Notes under the pieces: model-generated
Seen by the model: only the letters and a program-made list of their open reading frames with translations
Database searches by the model: none
What the model was told of the DNA's origin: nothing
Shown: positions 1-9,940 of the stretch, piece by piece
Position numbering within the stretch: the stretch's first letter is position 1
How the letters are laid out: every line of letters begins with the position of its first letter
Assembly: GCA_964499285.1 (NCBI GenBank)
Contig: CAZCLA010000011.1
Coordinates: 20,720-84,719 of the forward strand
Direction: 5' to 3'
DNA length: 64,000 nt
DNA from: an uncultured Melioribacteraceae bacterium
GTDB taxonomy: Bacteria > Bacteroidota > Ignavibacteria > Ignavibacteriales > Melioribacteraceae
Made by a program: the position numbers and the translations under genes

Positions 1-63
1 TTCCTCAAAAAACAATAAGAATTAAAATTATTATTTAACGGAAGAATCAAAAATGGGAAAGAT

Positions 64-498
64 CTATTTGATTTTTAATCTCCGGATTAATTTGCTATAA
101 GTTTTTTCGGGAATTCGATCCTCCTTTAACAAGTTATTTAGATAATCGAAATTTAACTCAGCTTTTTCTGCTGCAGATTTTACCGTTAATTTATTTTTTT
201 TCAACAAAGATTTAAGTTTCTTTGAGCTTACGGTGGTATAATTTCTTCTTGGTATATGTGTATAGATTTCAGCTTCACTTATTTTATTTGATAGGATTTT
301 ATCAATTCCGGATTTTAGAGCTCGATATTTTTTTTCACCGATTCTTTTTTTTCTTAAATCGGCTGCTATATTGGGCGCTCCCAGTTTTATTGCTAAGGTA
401 AGCATCCTAACGGTAATATTATGTTTTTTTACTAATGTCTTTATTTCCTCTGCGTATTGTTTTTCCTTTTTTATTAATTCTTCCCATTTATTCGCCAT
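64..498 (-). CDS. Hypothetical small basic protein with an internal duplication of about 40 aa (two helix-rich, possibly HTH-like modules)
   Basis: 144-aa ORF. The two halves align: ITVRMLTLAIKLGAPNIAADLRKKRIGEKKYRALKSGIDKI versus LTVKSAAEKAELNFDYLNNLLKEDRIPEKTYSKLIRRLKI. No family recognised. Confidence 0.55.
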   Translation of the reverse strand: MANKWEELIKKEKQYAEEIKTLVKKHNITVRMLTLAIKLGAPNIAADLRKKRIGEKKYRALKSGIDKILSNKISEAEIYTHIPRRNYTTVSSKKLKSLLKKNKLTVKSAAEKAELNFDYLNNLLKEDRIPEKTYSKLIRRLKIK

Positions 499-770
499 AA
501 TGAACTCTTGATTAGTTATTTGACATTAAAACTCATGATAATATTAAAAGTACAAATTTTCAAGGCTGTTTAATAGTATTATCGAAAGTATTCATATTCG
601 AAAATCTTATTTTGTTTTATTTACTAAAATACTTGAATAATGCGAAAAGAATCTTTTTGTCTTAAAAGGAAGCAGAGACAAGAGTTTAATGATTTATAAA
701 GTCAAAAATTATATTAATAGGTAAATTGAGTTTATTAATACTAAACTCAGATTAAAATATCCAAGAAAAA

Positions 771-2285
771 CTATAAGTACAAACCAGCGTCAGGGCCTAA
801 AGGAATTCCCAATATAATCCAAATAATGAGTAAAATTGACCAGACAATAGTAAAAGTAATTGTATAAGGCAGCATTGTTGAGATAACAGTTCCTATTCCT
901 GCTTTGCTGTCATATTTTTCCATGAATGCAACAATCAGAGCAAAGTATGACATCATTGGAGAGATTATATTTGTTACACTATCGCCTACTCTATATGTTG
1001 CCTGAACTAGTTCAGGAGAGTATCCGAGAAGCATGAACATTGGGATAAAAACAGGAGCCATAATAGCCCACTTTGCTGACGCACTGCCCATTACCATATT
1101 TATTAACCCGGAAAGGAAAATAAATGCCAACATCAATGGAATGTCACCAAGTCCTGAAGATTTGAGTACTTCAGCACCCTCAATCGCAAAAATTAATCCG
1201 AGGTTTGTTTCCTTAAAATAAGCTACGAATTGAGCAGCAAAGAAAACCAGAACTATATAAATTCCTAATGTTTCCATTGCTTTTCCCATTCCTTTCATCA
1301 CCATAGTATCATTTTTGTAAGTACCGGCACCAATACCATAAGCGATTCCGAGAATTCCCGCTCCGATAAAAATAAATGCAACAATGCCGTCCATAAAAGG
1401 AGAATGAAGTATATCCCCGGTTTGAGGATCACGAAGATATCCTTGCTCAGGAATAAGTCCCGCAAGAATAAATACAGCCAGTAATACCGAAGCAATGAGA
1501 GCAAATCTTAATCCACGTCTTTCAGTGTCATTAATCTTTTTTAGTTCTTCCGGCTTCTCGTTTCCTGTGTACTCTCCTAATCTTGGCATTACAAGTTTCT
1601 CAGTTACCCAAGTTCCGGTAATTGCAATTACAAAAGTTGAGACGACCATAAAGTAATAATTTGCAGCCGCACTGACTTTATATCCTTCTTGAATTATGTT
1701 CGCTGCCTCTTGAGATAGTCCCGCTAATAAAGGATCGATAGTTCCAAGCAGAAGGTTTGCACTATAACCTCCTGAAACTCCGGCAAAAGTAGCAGCCATA
1801 CCGCCTATAGGATGTCTTCCAACTGCGAGAAAAATGATCGCACCCAACGGTACCAAAAGTACATATCCTACTTCGCTTGCAGTATTAGATAAGATACCGG
1901 CAAAAACCAAAACAAAGGTCAAAAGTTTTTTGGGAGCTGAAATTACAAGCAACCTCAGCGAGGTTCCAATCAGCCCGCTGCTTTCTGCAATTCCAATACC
2001 CAGCATAGAAACCAATACGGTACCCAACGGAGCAAATCCGGTAAAGTTGTCAACCATCGTGGTTAGAATAAAATGAAGTCCTTCAACGGACATTAAGTTG
2101 ACGGGTGTAACAGTTTCACCGGTTCCCGGATGGACTACGGATAAATCAAAAAATGAAACGATCCAGGAAATAACTACTACACCCAATGCAAACAAGAAAA
2201 ATAATGTAGCCGGATGCGGAAGAGCATTCCCGATTTTTTCAACTATGGATAGAGATCTATTTATTAAACCTTTTTTTTCATTCAT
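771..2285 (-). CDS. AbgT family (p-aminobenzoyl-glutamate / antimetabolite) transporter
   Basis: 504-aa polytopic membrane protein. The N-terminus ([15 protein letters not shown]) and overall architecture are typical of the AbgT/MtrF family. Confidence 0.85.
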   Translation of the reverse strand: MNEKKGLINRSLSIVEKIGNALPHPATLFFLFALGVVVISWIVSFFDLSVVHPGTGETVTPVNLMSVEGLHFILTTMVDNFTGFAPLGTVLVSMLGIGIAESSGLIGTSLRLLVISAPKKLLTFVLVFAGILSNTASEVGYVLLVPLGAIIFLAVGRHPIGGMAATFAGVSGGYSANLLLGTIDPLLAGLSQEAANIIQEGYKVSAAANYYFMVVSTFVIAITGTWVTEKLVMPRLGEYTGNEKPEELKKINDTERRGLRFALIASVLLAVFILAGLIPEQGYLRDPQTGDILHSPFMDGIVAFIFIGAGILGIAYGIGAGTYKNDTMVMKGMGKAMETLGIYIVLVFFAAQFVAYFKETNLGLIFAIEGAEVLKSSGLGDIPLMLAFIFLSGLINMVMGSASAKWAIMAPVFIPMFMLLGYSPELVQATYRVGDSVTNIISPMMSYFALIVAFMEKYDSKAGIGTVISTMLPYTITFTIVWSILLIIWIILGIPLGPDAGLYL

Positions 2286-2492
2286 ATAAGATTTTCTGTT
2301 AATATTGTTAGAAGAAGTGCAGAATTTATAATTCTTAGGCGATTTTTACAAATTTTATTACCTCCCATAGGATTTTCTTCGGGGTGTAATTTGCTAAGAT
2401 ATTGTATTTAGTTGATTTTGCCTAATTAATCCCTTACCTTTTACTCAATACTTTTAATCCTTCCCTTATTCTCAGACTTTTTTTTGTTCTTT

Positions 2493-2521
2493 TTTACAGA
2501 AGCTAATTTTAACTAAATATT
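2493..2521 (+). promoter_or_regulatory. Candidate sigma70-type promoter (TTTACA-17 nt-AATATT) upstream of the T9SS cargo gene
   Basis: Hexamers read directly from the sequence, about 30 nt upstream of the ATG at 2552. Moderate match only. Confidence 0.3.
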
Positions 2522-2551
2522 TTACGATCATAAAATAGGACAAGGAGTATT

Positions 2552-4408
2552 ATGAAGAATACCATTCACTACGTATTTTATCTTCTCCTGATTGCATGTC
2601 TTATCTCCAATCCCATTGCTGTGAATGCACAAAGCAATGTTCAAACTCCACAAAAACAACCGATAAAGAGTGTAATTCAGGAAGATGCACCTCAATTTGA
2701 CAACTTGACCGTGCAGCAATTATCTCTTATGAATATGGCAAATCCAATTGAGTTTTCTTTGATCGGTTTGATGGTGCTTACTTATCTTGCCGGTTCAGCA
2801 GGATACTATGTAACTATTGGTGTAATGAACAATGACAATTTTATGTTTGCAATAATAATGAACAACCTCTACCTGCCTTCACTTGCATTTTCTGCCGGAT
2901 TGCAAATTTTGGCTCTTCGGTTTAATCTTTCATTGCTGGGAGCTGTTTTGGGTGTTCCATTTAATCCTGCAAATGGTCTAAGTTTTTTTGTTCATTATTC
3001 TCTTACAAGGATGACCGATCCGACCCAACATCCTTTTGCTCAATTTGATAGACCTGTTGAACAAGGTGAAGACGATGCAGATAATGAATATGCCGATCCA
3101 ACAGAACCAACAGAACCTGCAATCACAGACCCGACACCTAACAACAATATCACTGCGGATGTCACTCAAGCTTGTTATTATGGATGCACAGTTCCGAATA
3201 TCGATCTAGACGATTCAAATCATCCTGACACCGATACTTATGCCGGGGATAAAAATGCATGCGGACCAACAGCGGCAGCAAATAGTTTAAAATGGTTGTC
3301 GGATTTACCCGATAATGGTGTCACTATAAATCTATCTCATAGAGATCTGCTTGAACAGCTTAGTAATTTTATGAAGAGGCAACGTAACAAAGGAGTCAGT
3401 CCGGAAAATTTTATTAGGGGGAAATTAGATTTCATTTCTGAATTTGGATTAAATATAAACGTAAAATTTCAAAGCGAATCGATTACAGATACGGTCCGCG
3501 GTTCTTTTGGTTTTGCCTACGCAAGAAACGATAACAATGGAAATTATCCAACCTGGGACTGGCTGAAACAGCAGATGATTGACGGCGAAGATGTTGAACT
3601 TCTTTATAAATGGCCTGATGGCGAAGGGGGATGGCGCGGTCACGTCGTGGTATTGACCGGATTTACAGAAACTGCAAACGGCGAAAAAAGAATTGCCTAT
3701 AAACACGACAAAAAGCAAGGTCAAGCTGATTCTGGCGGTAAAGACGTGATTCAGGAATGGGCCGATGTAAAGGTTGATTCTCACGGAAGAATGATATTGC
3801 ACAACAATGGAAGAACCAAATACGTAGCTCATGCAGTAGCAGAAAGTCCCGGAGAACCATTCACTCCGGTTGAATTAACATCGTTTAACGCATCGTTAAA
3901 TGAAAATGATGTTATGCTTTCTTGGACAACTGCCACTGAGATCAACAATTCCGGTTTTGAATTATTTAGAGATGGTAGTTTGATTAAATTTATCAACGGT
4001 AGCGGAACAACAAGTGAGGAGAAATATTATTCGTATACTGATCAAAATCTACCCAACGGAATTTATGAGTATGAACTGATTCAGATTGATTTTGACGGCA
4101 CTCGGGAAAGTTCGGCAAAAATTAACGTTGAAGTCGATATTCCGTTGAAATACGAGCTTGCTCAAAATTATCCTAATCCGTTTAACCCAAGTACTAAGAT
4201 TTCATTTTCCATTCCTCAATCGGATTTTGTAACAATTAAAGTATTTAATTCAATAGGGGAGGAAGTTAATACGTTGGTAAACGAGTTAATGGATGCGGGA
4301 ACACATATGGTTGAATTTAATGCGGATAAACTTTCGAATGGTGTCTATGTTTATACGCTCCAAACCGGGGCTCATTTCCAATCGAAAAAAATGATTCTTT
4401 TAAAATAA
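2552..4408 (+). CDS. Secreted T9SS cargo protein with a putative Cys/His (C39-like or papain-like) peptidase core and a C-terminal Por sorting domain
   Basis: Signal peptide (..ISNPIAVNAQ). Candidate nucleophile DKNACGPTAAANSLKWL and candidate histidine WRGHVVVLTGF. C-terminal YELAQNYPNPFNPSTKISFSIP...VYVYTLQTG..KKMILLK matches a type A T9SS CTD. Confidence 0.75.
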   Translation: MKNTIHYVFYLLLIACLISNPIAVNAQSNVQTPQKQPIKSVIQEDAPQFDNLTVQQLSLMNMANPIEFSLIGLMVLTYLAGSAGYYVTIGVMNNDNFMFAIIMNNLYLPSLAFSAGLQILALRFNLSLLGAVLGVPFNPANGLSFFVHYSLTRMTDPTQHPFAQFDRPVEQGEDDADNEYADPTEPTEPAITDPTPNNNITADVTQACYYGCTVPNIDLDDSNHPDTDTYAGDKNACGPTAAANSLKWLSDLPDNGVTINLSHRDLLEQLSNFMKRQRNKGVSPENFIRGKLDFISEFGLNINVKFQSESITDTVRGSFGFAYARNDNNGNYPTWDWLKQQMIDGEDVELLYKWPDGEGGWRGHVVVLTGFTETANGEKRIAYKHDKKQGQADSGGKDVIQEWADVKVDSHGRMILHNNGRTKYVAHAVAESPGEPFTPVELTSFNASLNENDVMLSWTTATEINNSGFELFRDGSLIKFINGSGTTSEEKYYSYTDQNLPNGIYEYELIQIDFDGTRESSAKINVEVDIPLKYELAQNYPNPFNPSTKISFSIPQSDFVTIKVFNSIGEEVNTLVNELMDAGTHMVEFNADKLSNGVYVYTLQTGAHFQSKKMILLK

Positions 4409-4437
4409 TTTATCAATAAAATTCATTCAGATTTCAA

Positions 4438-4469
4438 TCCCCCGGGAATTTATCTCGGGGGATTTTTTT
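4438..4469 (+). terminator. Rho-independent terminator after the T9SS cargo gene
   Basis: Stem TCCCCCG (4438-4444) pairs with CGGGGGA (4456-4462), followed by a T7 run. Confidence 0.8.
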
Positions 4470-4608
4470 GAATTCATTCAGAATTCGAAACAGTCACTGA
4501 AAGTTCTATAAATCAGAAAAAAAAATCTTGTTATCTTTGTGTTCTGCATTATATTTGGAGCCGCAATTTTAAACAACTTAATTAATACAAAAACGTGGGG
4601 GATAGACA

Positions 4609-5076
4609 ATGTCTATGTTTATGATTAACAATTTTATCCACTTACTTTTTGCGGTAATTTGGATTGGCGGAATGATCTTCATGAATTTGGTTTTAATGCC
4701 GTCATTAAATTCAATTGATCCAAATGAGCGAGGAAAACTTTTCGCGCAGATAGCAAAACGATTTACAATTGTCGCTTGGGGAAGCACTCTCTTTTTACTT
4801 ATCACTGGTTTTTTCAAGACACCGTCGGGAATGCTTTTCAACTTTTCAACTGATTACGGAATGATGATAACAATTAAACATATCCTGTTTCTTGTTATGA
4901 TCGTTTTTGGAAGTATGATCACGTTTGTTGAAGCGCCGAAAATCAGAAAGTATGCTCCAAAGCCAGGGGAAAAGCCATCGCAAGAAGTTGTTCAGGCACA
5001 TGGTAAAATTAAACTGCTTTCAGCCTGCAATATGGTTCTCGGGATTATCATTTTAATTTTGGTTTCAATCTATTAG
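4609..5076 (+). CDS. CopD-like integral membrane protein (4 TM)
   Basis: 155 aa with four hydrophobic segments. The N-terminal motif HLLFAVIWIGGMIF resembles the HxxxxxxWxGG signature of the CopD family. Confidence 0.55.
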   Translation: MSMFMINNFIHLLFAVIWIGGMIFMNLVLMPSLNSIDPNERGKLFAQIAKRFTIVAWGSTLFLLITGFFKTPSGMLFNFSTDYGMMITIKHILFLVMIVFGSMITFVEAPKIRKYAPKPGEKPSQEVVQAHGKIKLLSACNMVLGIIILILVSIY

Positions 5077-5128
5077 TAATCATATTTATTGAGGCTGTTT
5101 CATCGTCCATTAATTATTTTAGAGTCTC

Positions 5129-5368
5129 TTAATTTTCGAATATATATTCAACATACGAAACAGCCTTATCTTCATAGTTTAGCATTTCATTTAGAACAAT
5201 ATTTTTTACCTGCATCACTTTCAATTTTTCGTCTATTCTCATAAGTTTGTAATCAAAATTTGTTAAATAATAAAAAAAAGGGAAAGATATGCCCGCTTCT
5301 AAGGAACCTGGCGCGAGTTTTTTAATACCACTTAAAATTTGACTTTCACACGGAATTAAACCCTCCAA
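5129..5368 (-). CDS. Hypothetical 79-aa protein (uncertain gene)
   Basis: ORF only. It lies 25 nt from the divergent mgtE ORF, with no recognisable motif or SD. It may be spurious. Confidence 0.3.
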   Translation of the reverse strand: MEGLIPCESQILSGIKKLAPGSLEAGISFPFFYYLTNFDYKLMRIDEKLKVMQVKNIVLNEMLNYEDKAVSYVEYIFEN

Positions 5369-5405
5369 AAATTGGTTTTCTCCGTCGTGAAAGATGGAGG
5401 TACCA

Positions 5406-6785
5406 ATGAAAAATCTAATTTTTGTACCTGAATTAAAAGAGATTATTGCTGCTCAAAACTGGAATGATTTTATTAATCTATCGGAAGATATGCACCCAGC
5501 GGAAATAGCGGAGATCATTTCCTCACTTGATCCTAAGGAAATCTGGGAGCTTATAGATAAGCTTATTATTGAGAAAAAAAGTGAAATATTCAGTCACCTT
5601 GAATCATCACTGCAAGTAGAGATTACCGAACTCATCGGAAGGCAGAAATTAGCAGAACTTCTCACAGAAATGCCCTCGGATGATAGAGTGGATTTGTTTA
5701 AAAAATTCCCGGTTGAAATACAGGAAAATATTTTACCTGCATTAGCTCGAGCTGAGCGTGAAGATATTAGAAAACTTGCTTCTTATCCGGAAGGAAGTGC
5801 TGGATCTGTAATGACATCCGAGTATGTTTCCGTCCCTGACAATATTAGCGTCGAAGAAGCAATCAGAAGATTAAGGTTAGAAGCAACTAAAAAAGAAACT
5901 ATTTATTACATCTATGTGATAGAAATTTCGCGAAAGTTAATAGGATTCGTTTCACTATCCGATTTGATTCTAGCTGATCCTTCTTCGCTTATTAGAGATG
6001 TGCTGCACCATGAAGTATTATTTGCTAAAGTCGATGAAGATCAAGAAAAAGTAGCAAGGAAGATTCAAAAATATGATTTGATAGCTCTACCGGTTGTGGA
6101 TGCTAATAACACATTAGTTGGTATTATCACTCACGATGACGCTCTTGATATTATGACTCAGGAGCAAACGGAAGACTTTGAAAAAATCATGGCTATTACT
6201 GGTTCTCATGAAGCGGGAGTTTATCTAAAAACACCTGCGATTGTTCACTTTAAAAATCGTGCTATCTGGATTGTTTCACTTGCAGCTCTCGGTTTGGTAT
6301 CTGGCGCCATAATACACAGTTTTGAATCAACTTTAACAAACTTTATGATTCTAGCTCTCTATATGCCGATGGTTGCAGATACGGGAGGAAATACCGGGAG
6401 TCAATCTGCGACTGTAGTTGTTAGAGCATTAGCACTTGGTGAATTGACTTTTAAAGATTCATTTAAAGTATTGTGGAAAGAATTTAGAATATCTGTTATG
6501 CTCGCCGGTGTACTTGGGGTTTTATCGTGGCTGAAAGTATGGTTATTCTCGCACGGTTCAGAAATGTCGGGTAATTTCACGCTTGAAAAAATTGGATTTG
6601 TTATCGCTGCAGCTCTTTCGCTGCAAGTGATTACCGCAACATTGATTGGGGCTATTCTGCCATTGGCCGCCTCAAAATTTAAATTTGATCCGGCGGTAGT
6701 TGCCAGCCCTGCACTAACCACAGTAGTTGATATTACTGGTCTTCTAATCTATTTCTTTACTGCAAAGTTACTGTTGGGAATATGA
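5406..6785 (+). CDS. mgtE: Magnesium transporter MgtE
   Basis: N-terminal MgtE domain, tandem CBS region (VMTSEYVSV..., ALPVVDANNTLVGIITHDD) and a TM domain with PMVADTGGNTGSQSAT. ATG 5406 is preferred over 5394 because GGAGG (5397-5401) precedes it. Confidence 0.9.
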   Translation: MKNLIFVPELKEIIAAQNWNDFINLSEDMHPAEIAEIISSLDPKEIWELIDKLIIEKKSEIFSHLESSLQVEITELIGRQKLAELLTEMPSDDRVDLFKKFPVEIQENILPALARAEREDIRKLASYPEGSAGSVMTSEYVSVPDNISVEEAIRRLRLEATKKETIYYIYVIEISRKLIGFVSLSDLILADPSSLIRDVLHHEVLFAKVDEDQEKVARKIQKYDLIALPVVDANNTLVGIITHDDALDIMTQEQTEDFEKIMAITGSHEAGVYLKTPAIVHFKNRAIWIVSLAALGLVSGAIIHSFESTLTNFMILALYMPMVADTGGNTGSQSATVVVRALALGELTFKDSFKVLWKEFRISVMLAGVLGVLSWLKVWLFSHGSEMSGNFTLEKIGFVIAAALSLQVITATLIGAILPLAASKFKFDPAVVASPALTTVVDITGLLIYFFTAKLLLGI

Positions 6786-6913
6786 TAATTATCTTTGTGA
6801 TTTAATTTCAGTAAAGATAAATCCGTTCAATGCCGAATAGAAAGTTCGTTCATTCTATCCTTTTACATTTTTCATTGCAAACCTAGTGTTTATAGAGTAA
6901 ATTTCATTTTCTT

Positions 6914-7759
6914 ATGAAAAAAATTATTTTTTCGAAATTTACCGCTGCAGGCAACGATTTTGTTCTGCTTGATGAAGCGCTGAATCCGGACTTGAATACA
7001 AATAAAGAATTAGCTGTTATTCTATGTGACAGAAAATTCGGAATCGGGGCTGATGGATTGCTCATTTATTCTGGAAAATTTAATGATGAAATCTCGGTTA
7101 AGTATTTCAACTCCGATGGCTCAAGCGGGTCGCTATGCGGAAACGGATCAAGATGTGCCGCTGAATATTATTTCGAAAAATCAGTCGGGGAAAGGGTCGA
7201 TGTAAAAATTTATAACTTGGGTGTCCAGTATTCAGCCGAAAAATTGGAAAATAATTTAGTGAAATTCGGTTCCTTTCGAATTAATATCTTAAATGAAAAT
7301 ATAGAAATAGAAAATAAATCATTGAAATTAAACGGAATTTGGGTTGATACTGGATCACCACATCTTGTTGCAGATTTTGATGAAATAAATTTTTCTGAGA
7401 AACAGCAAAAATTCTTCGAGTTCGATTTTGCTTCCACGGCTGCGAAAATTAGACACGATGAAATTTTTACTGAATCCGGAACAAATGTGATTTTTATAAG
7501 ACAAAACGGTGACGAGTTTTTGATAAGATCATTTGAGCGAGGAGTTGAATCAGAAACTTTGGCGTGTGGTTCCGGTGCTGTTGCTGCTGCAGTATTTTGT
7601 GCCTTAAAACGACATAATAGTGCACCGGTAAATTTTAGAACAATTAAAGACTTTATTCTTAGTGTTGAGTTCGAAAAAGTGAACAATAATTTCGAATCGG
7701 TCTTCTTAACAGGTCCGGTTGAACACTTGTTTGATGGAGAATTTTTTTATAAAAAATAA
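6914..7759 (+). CDS. dapF: Diaminopimelate epimerase
   Basis: FSKFTAAGNDFVLLD N-terminus. Catalytic Cys motifs GSLCGNGSRC and TLACGSGAVAAA. Confidence 0.9.
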   Translation: MKKIIFSKFTAAGNDFVLLDEALNPDLNTNKELAVILCDRKFGIGADGLLIYSGKFNDEISVKYFNSDGSSGSLCGNGSRCAAEYYFEKSVGERVDVKIYNLGVQYSAEKLENNLVKFGSFRINILNENIEIENKSLKLNGIWVDTGSPHLVADFDEINFSEKQQKFFEFDFASTAAKIRHDEIFTESGTNVIFIRQNGDEFLIRSFERGVESETLACGSGAVAAAVFCALKRHNSAPVNFRTIKDFILSVEFEKVNNNFESVFLTGPVEHLFDGEFFYKK

Positions 7760-7774
7760 ATCTAGAGGAAAAAA

Positions 7775-8071
7775 ATGCCTAAAGCTGTATTTACAATTCG
7801 GTATGATATCATACCGAAAAAGAGAGATGAATATCTCGATGTTATCAGAGAGTTAAAAACTCTCATTAAAGCCGATGGACTTGAAAGTTATTCAGTGTTT
7901 GAACATAAAAATCACGAGAATACTTTTACGGAAATCTATCTATTCGAAAGTAGAAAGGCATATGAGGATTTTGACGATGATCCTGACGAAAGAGTAGATA
8001 TTCTTATGAACAAACTTTCGGATATGATTGTGCAGCAATCAACTAATTATTCAGTGTTATATGAAATTTAA
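7775..8071 (+). CDS. Hypothetical small protein (possibly a dimeric alpha/beta-barrel, ABM-like)
   Basis: 98-aa ORF with an SD (GAGGAAAAAA) upstream. The fold guess comes only from size and pattern. Confidence 0.5.
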   Translation: MPKAVFTIRYDIIPKKRDEYLDVIRELKTLIKADGLESYSVFEHKNHENTFTEIYLFESRKAYEDFDDDPDERVDILMNKLSDMIVQQSTNYSVLYEI

Positions 8072-8076
8072 TTTTT

Positions 8077-9126
8077 ATGTTTGAATATGTAGGTGCTTTA
8101 CATATGCATTCGACGTATTCAGACGGATCGGGTACTGTCGAAGAAATTGCAAAATATGCAGACGAAGTCGGACTGGATTATATAATACTGACCGATCACA
8201 ATACCCTTCGAGCACTTAATGAAGGAAAAGAAAAATGGTACGGAAATACTCTGCTTCTTGTCGGTTGTGAAATAAATGATAGAAATAATCAAAATCATTA
8301 TTTAGCTCTCAATATAAAGGAGACTTATTCAACACGCCTGGCTGCCGAAGAATACGTAAAGAAAGTTAAGGATGCAGGTGGTATTGGATTTTTGGCTCAT
8401 CCCCACGAAAAAAGGGATTCGATGGAAGAACATCCGCCGTATCCATGGACTGCTTGGAATACGAAAGAATTTACCGGTATCGAAATCTGGAATCATATGA
8501 GCGAATGGATGGAAGGATTGACAGAACAGAATAAATTCAATCATTTTGTTCATCCACTTCGTTCAATCGTTTCTCCTAATGCTGAATCCGTAAAAGTTTG
8601 GGACAAACTTAATCTCGAAAGAAAAGTTGTGGGTATAGGTGGTGTAGATGCACACGCTCACAAAATAAATCTTATGGGATTTTTTGAAGTAGAAGTTTTT
8701 CCGTACAAGGTTCTTTTTAAATCTGTACGAACTCATGTTTTTTGCGAAACAAATATCGAAAAAGGGGAAACTTCTAAACAATTAGAAAATGCGAAAAATC
8801 TCGTCTATTCGGCTTTGGAACATGGCAGATGTTTCGTTTCAAATTATTATCACGGAGATGCAAAGGGATTTAGGTTTTTCGGAGAAGCCGAAAATAAAAT
8901 TTTTCATATGGGTGATACCATCAAATTAACGGGGAAGGTGAAACTTAGGGTTATACTTCCTAACATCAGCGGACGTATAATATTGATTAAAAACGGCGGA
9001 ATGGTGGATGAAGTAGATAATTTTGACGCAGAATTCATAATAACTCAACCCGGAATTTATCGAGTCGAGGTTTATCAGGAAGAAAATGCGTGGATTTTTT
9101 CGAACCACATACGCATTGTTGAATAA
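8077..9126 (+). CDS. PHP-domain metal-dependent phosphoesterase (CehA/McbA-like)
   Basis: HMHSTYSDGSG and ILTDHN metal-binding motifs, later GGVDAHAH. Confidence 0.75.
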   Translation: MFEYVGALHMHSTYSDGSGTVEEIAKYADEVGLDYIILTDHNTLRALNEGKEKWYGNTLLLVGCEINDRNNQNHYLALNIKETYSTRLAAEEYVKKVKDAGGIGFLAHPHEKRDSMEEHPPYPWTAWNTKEFTGIEIWNHMSEWMEGLTEQNKFNHFVHPLRSIVSPNAESVKVWDKLNLERKVVGIGGVDAHAHKINLMGFFEVEVFPYKVLFKSVRTHVFCETNIEKGETSKQLENAKNLVYSALEHGRCFVSNYYHGDAKGFRFFGEAENKIFHMGDTIKLTGKVKLRVILPNISGRIILIKNGGMVDEVDNFDAEFIITQPGIYRVEVYQEENAWIFSNHIRIVE

Positions 9127-9194
9127 TTGTTAATCAGAATACATTTTTTTATCTTAACCGCTTCAAAAAATTGAAATAATATAACGGAGTAGAT

Positions 9195-9881
9195 GTGTTA
9201 GCGAAAAAAAAGAAACTAACCAAAAAGCAGATCAAAGAAGATAAGTTAGTAACTTATTACAACCGAGTGCTCGAATTTTTTAACGATTTCAAACAGCAGA
9301 TTTCAATTGCCGCTATTGCCGTTGCAGTAATTGTTGTTGCAATAATTGTTTACAATAACAAAACTGAAGCCGATAATTTAGCAGCAACCACAGAACTCGC
9401 AAGAGTTATGCCAATTTATGAAAGAGGAAATTTCAGACAGGCTATTGACGGTCAGCCGGGAACTAACAACATCGGATTGTACAAAATCGTTGACGAATAT
9501 GGTTCATCGGAACAGGGTGAAGTTGCAAAAATCTATCTAGCAAACAGTTATTATTATCTCGGGAAAGTCGATTCTGCCTTAACATTTTATTCTGATTTCG
9601 GAGGAAGCAACAAAATGTTCAAAGCTACTGCACTTGCAGGTGAGGCTTCTTGTTATCAAAGTATGGGAGAATTTGAGAAAGCTGCTTCAAAATTCGGAAG
9701 TGCTGCAGGTATAGATAAGTTTAACGCACTAAATGCTGATTACTTATTAAATGCAGGCCTCTGCTATGTTGAAGCCGGTCAGAAAAAAGACGCTAAAACT
9801 GTTTTTGAAAAATTGGGAGAGGAATATCCAAATTCGGCACCCGGCAGAGATATCGACAGATATTTGGTTATGGTGAAATAA
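9195..9881 (+). CDS. Membrane-anchored TPR-like protein (YfgM-like architecture)
   Basis: GTG start, basic N-terminus, one TM (ISIAAIAVAVIVVAIIVY), then TPR-like helical repeats. Confidence 0.6.
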   Translation: MLAKKKKLTKKQIKEDKLVTYYNRVLEFFNDFKQQISIAAIAVAVIVVAIIVYNNKTEADNLAATTELARVMPIYERGNFRQAIDGQPGTNNIGLYKIVDEYGSSEQGEVAKIYLANSYYYLGKVDSALTFYSDFGGSNKMFKATALAGEASCYQSMGEFEKAASKFGSAAGIDKFNALNADYLLNAGLCYVEAGQKKDAKTVFEKLGEEYPNSAPGRDIDRYLVMVK

Positions 9882-9885
9882 AATA

Positions 9886-9914
9886 TTGACTTTATCCTAT
9901 TACCTAACTATTTT
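9886..9914 (+). promoter_or_regulatory. Candidate sigma70-type promoter (TTGACT-17 nt-TATTTT) upstream of efp
   Basis: Hexamers with 17-nt spacing read directly, about 27 nt upstream of the efp ATG. Confidence 0.4.
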
Positions 9915-9940
9915 TTTCAAATCTAATTGATGGAAAAGAA

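Noticed and set aside
721-770. Hairpin TGAGTTTA..TAAACTCA downstream of the AbgT gene as a terminator
   Set aside because: It is an 8-bp AT-rich stem with no clear U-tract on the relevant strand, so the support is too weak to annotate.
5077-5405. M-box (ykoK) magnesium riboswitch upstream of mgtE
   Set aside because: No conserved M-box sequence blocks or GC-rich helices are visible. The region is AT-rich and is instead occupied by a questionable 79-aa antisense ORF.
7210-7686. Long antisense ORFs within conserved genes (e.g. 7210-7686 in dapF, 11312-11728 in accC, 28933-29331 in the TonB receptor, 6401-6721 in mgtE, 47521-47871 in ileS)
   Set aside because: Each lies fully inside a well-supported conserved gene on the other strand, and their products are compositionally odd. 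These are typical shadow ORFs of AT-rich genomes.
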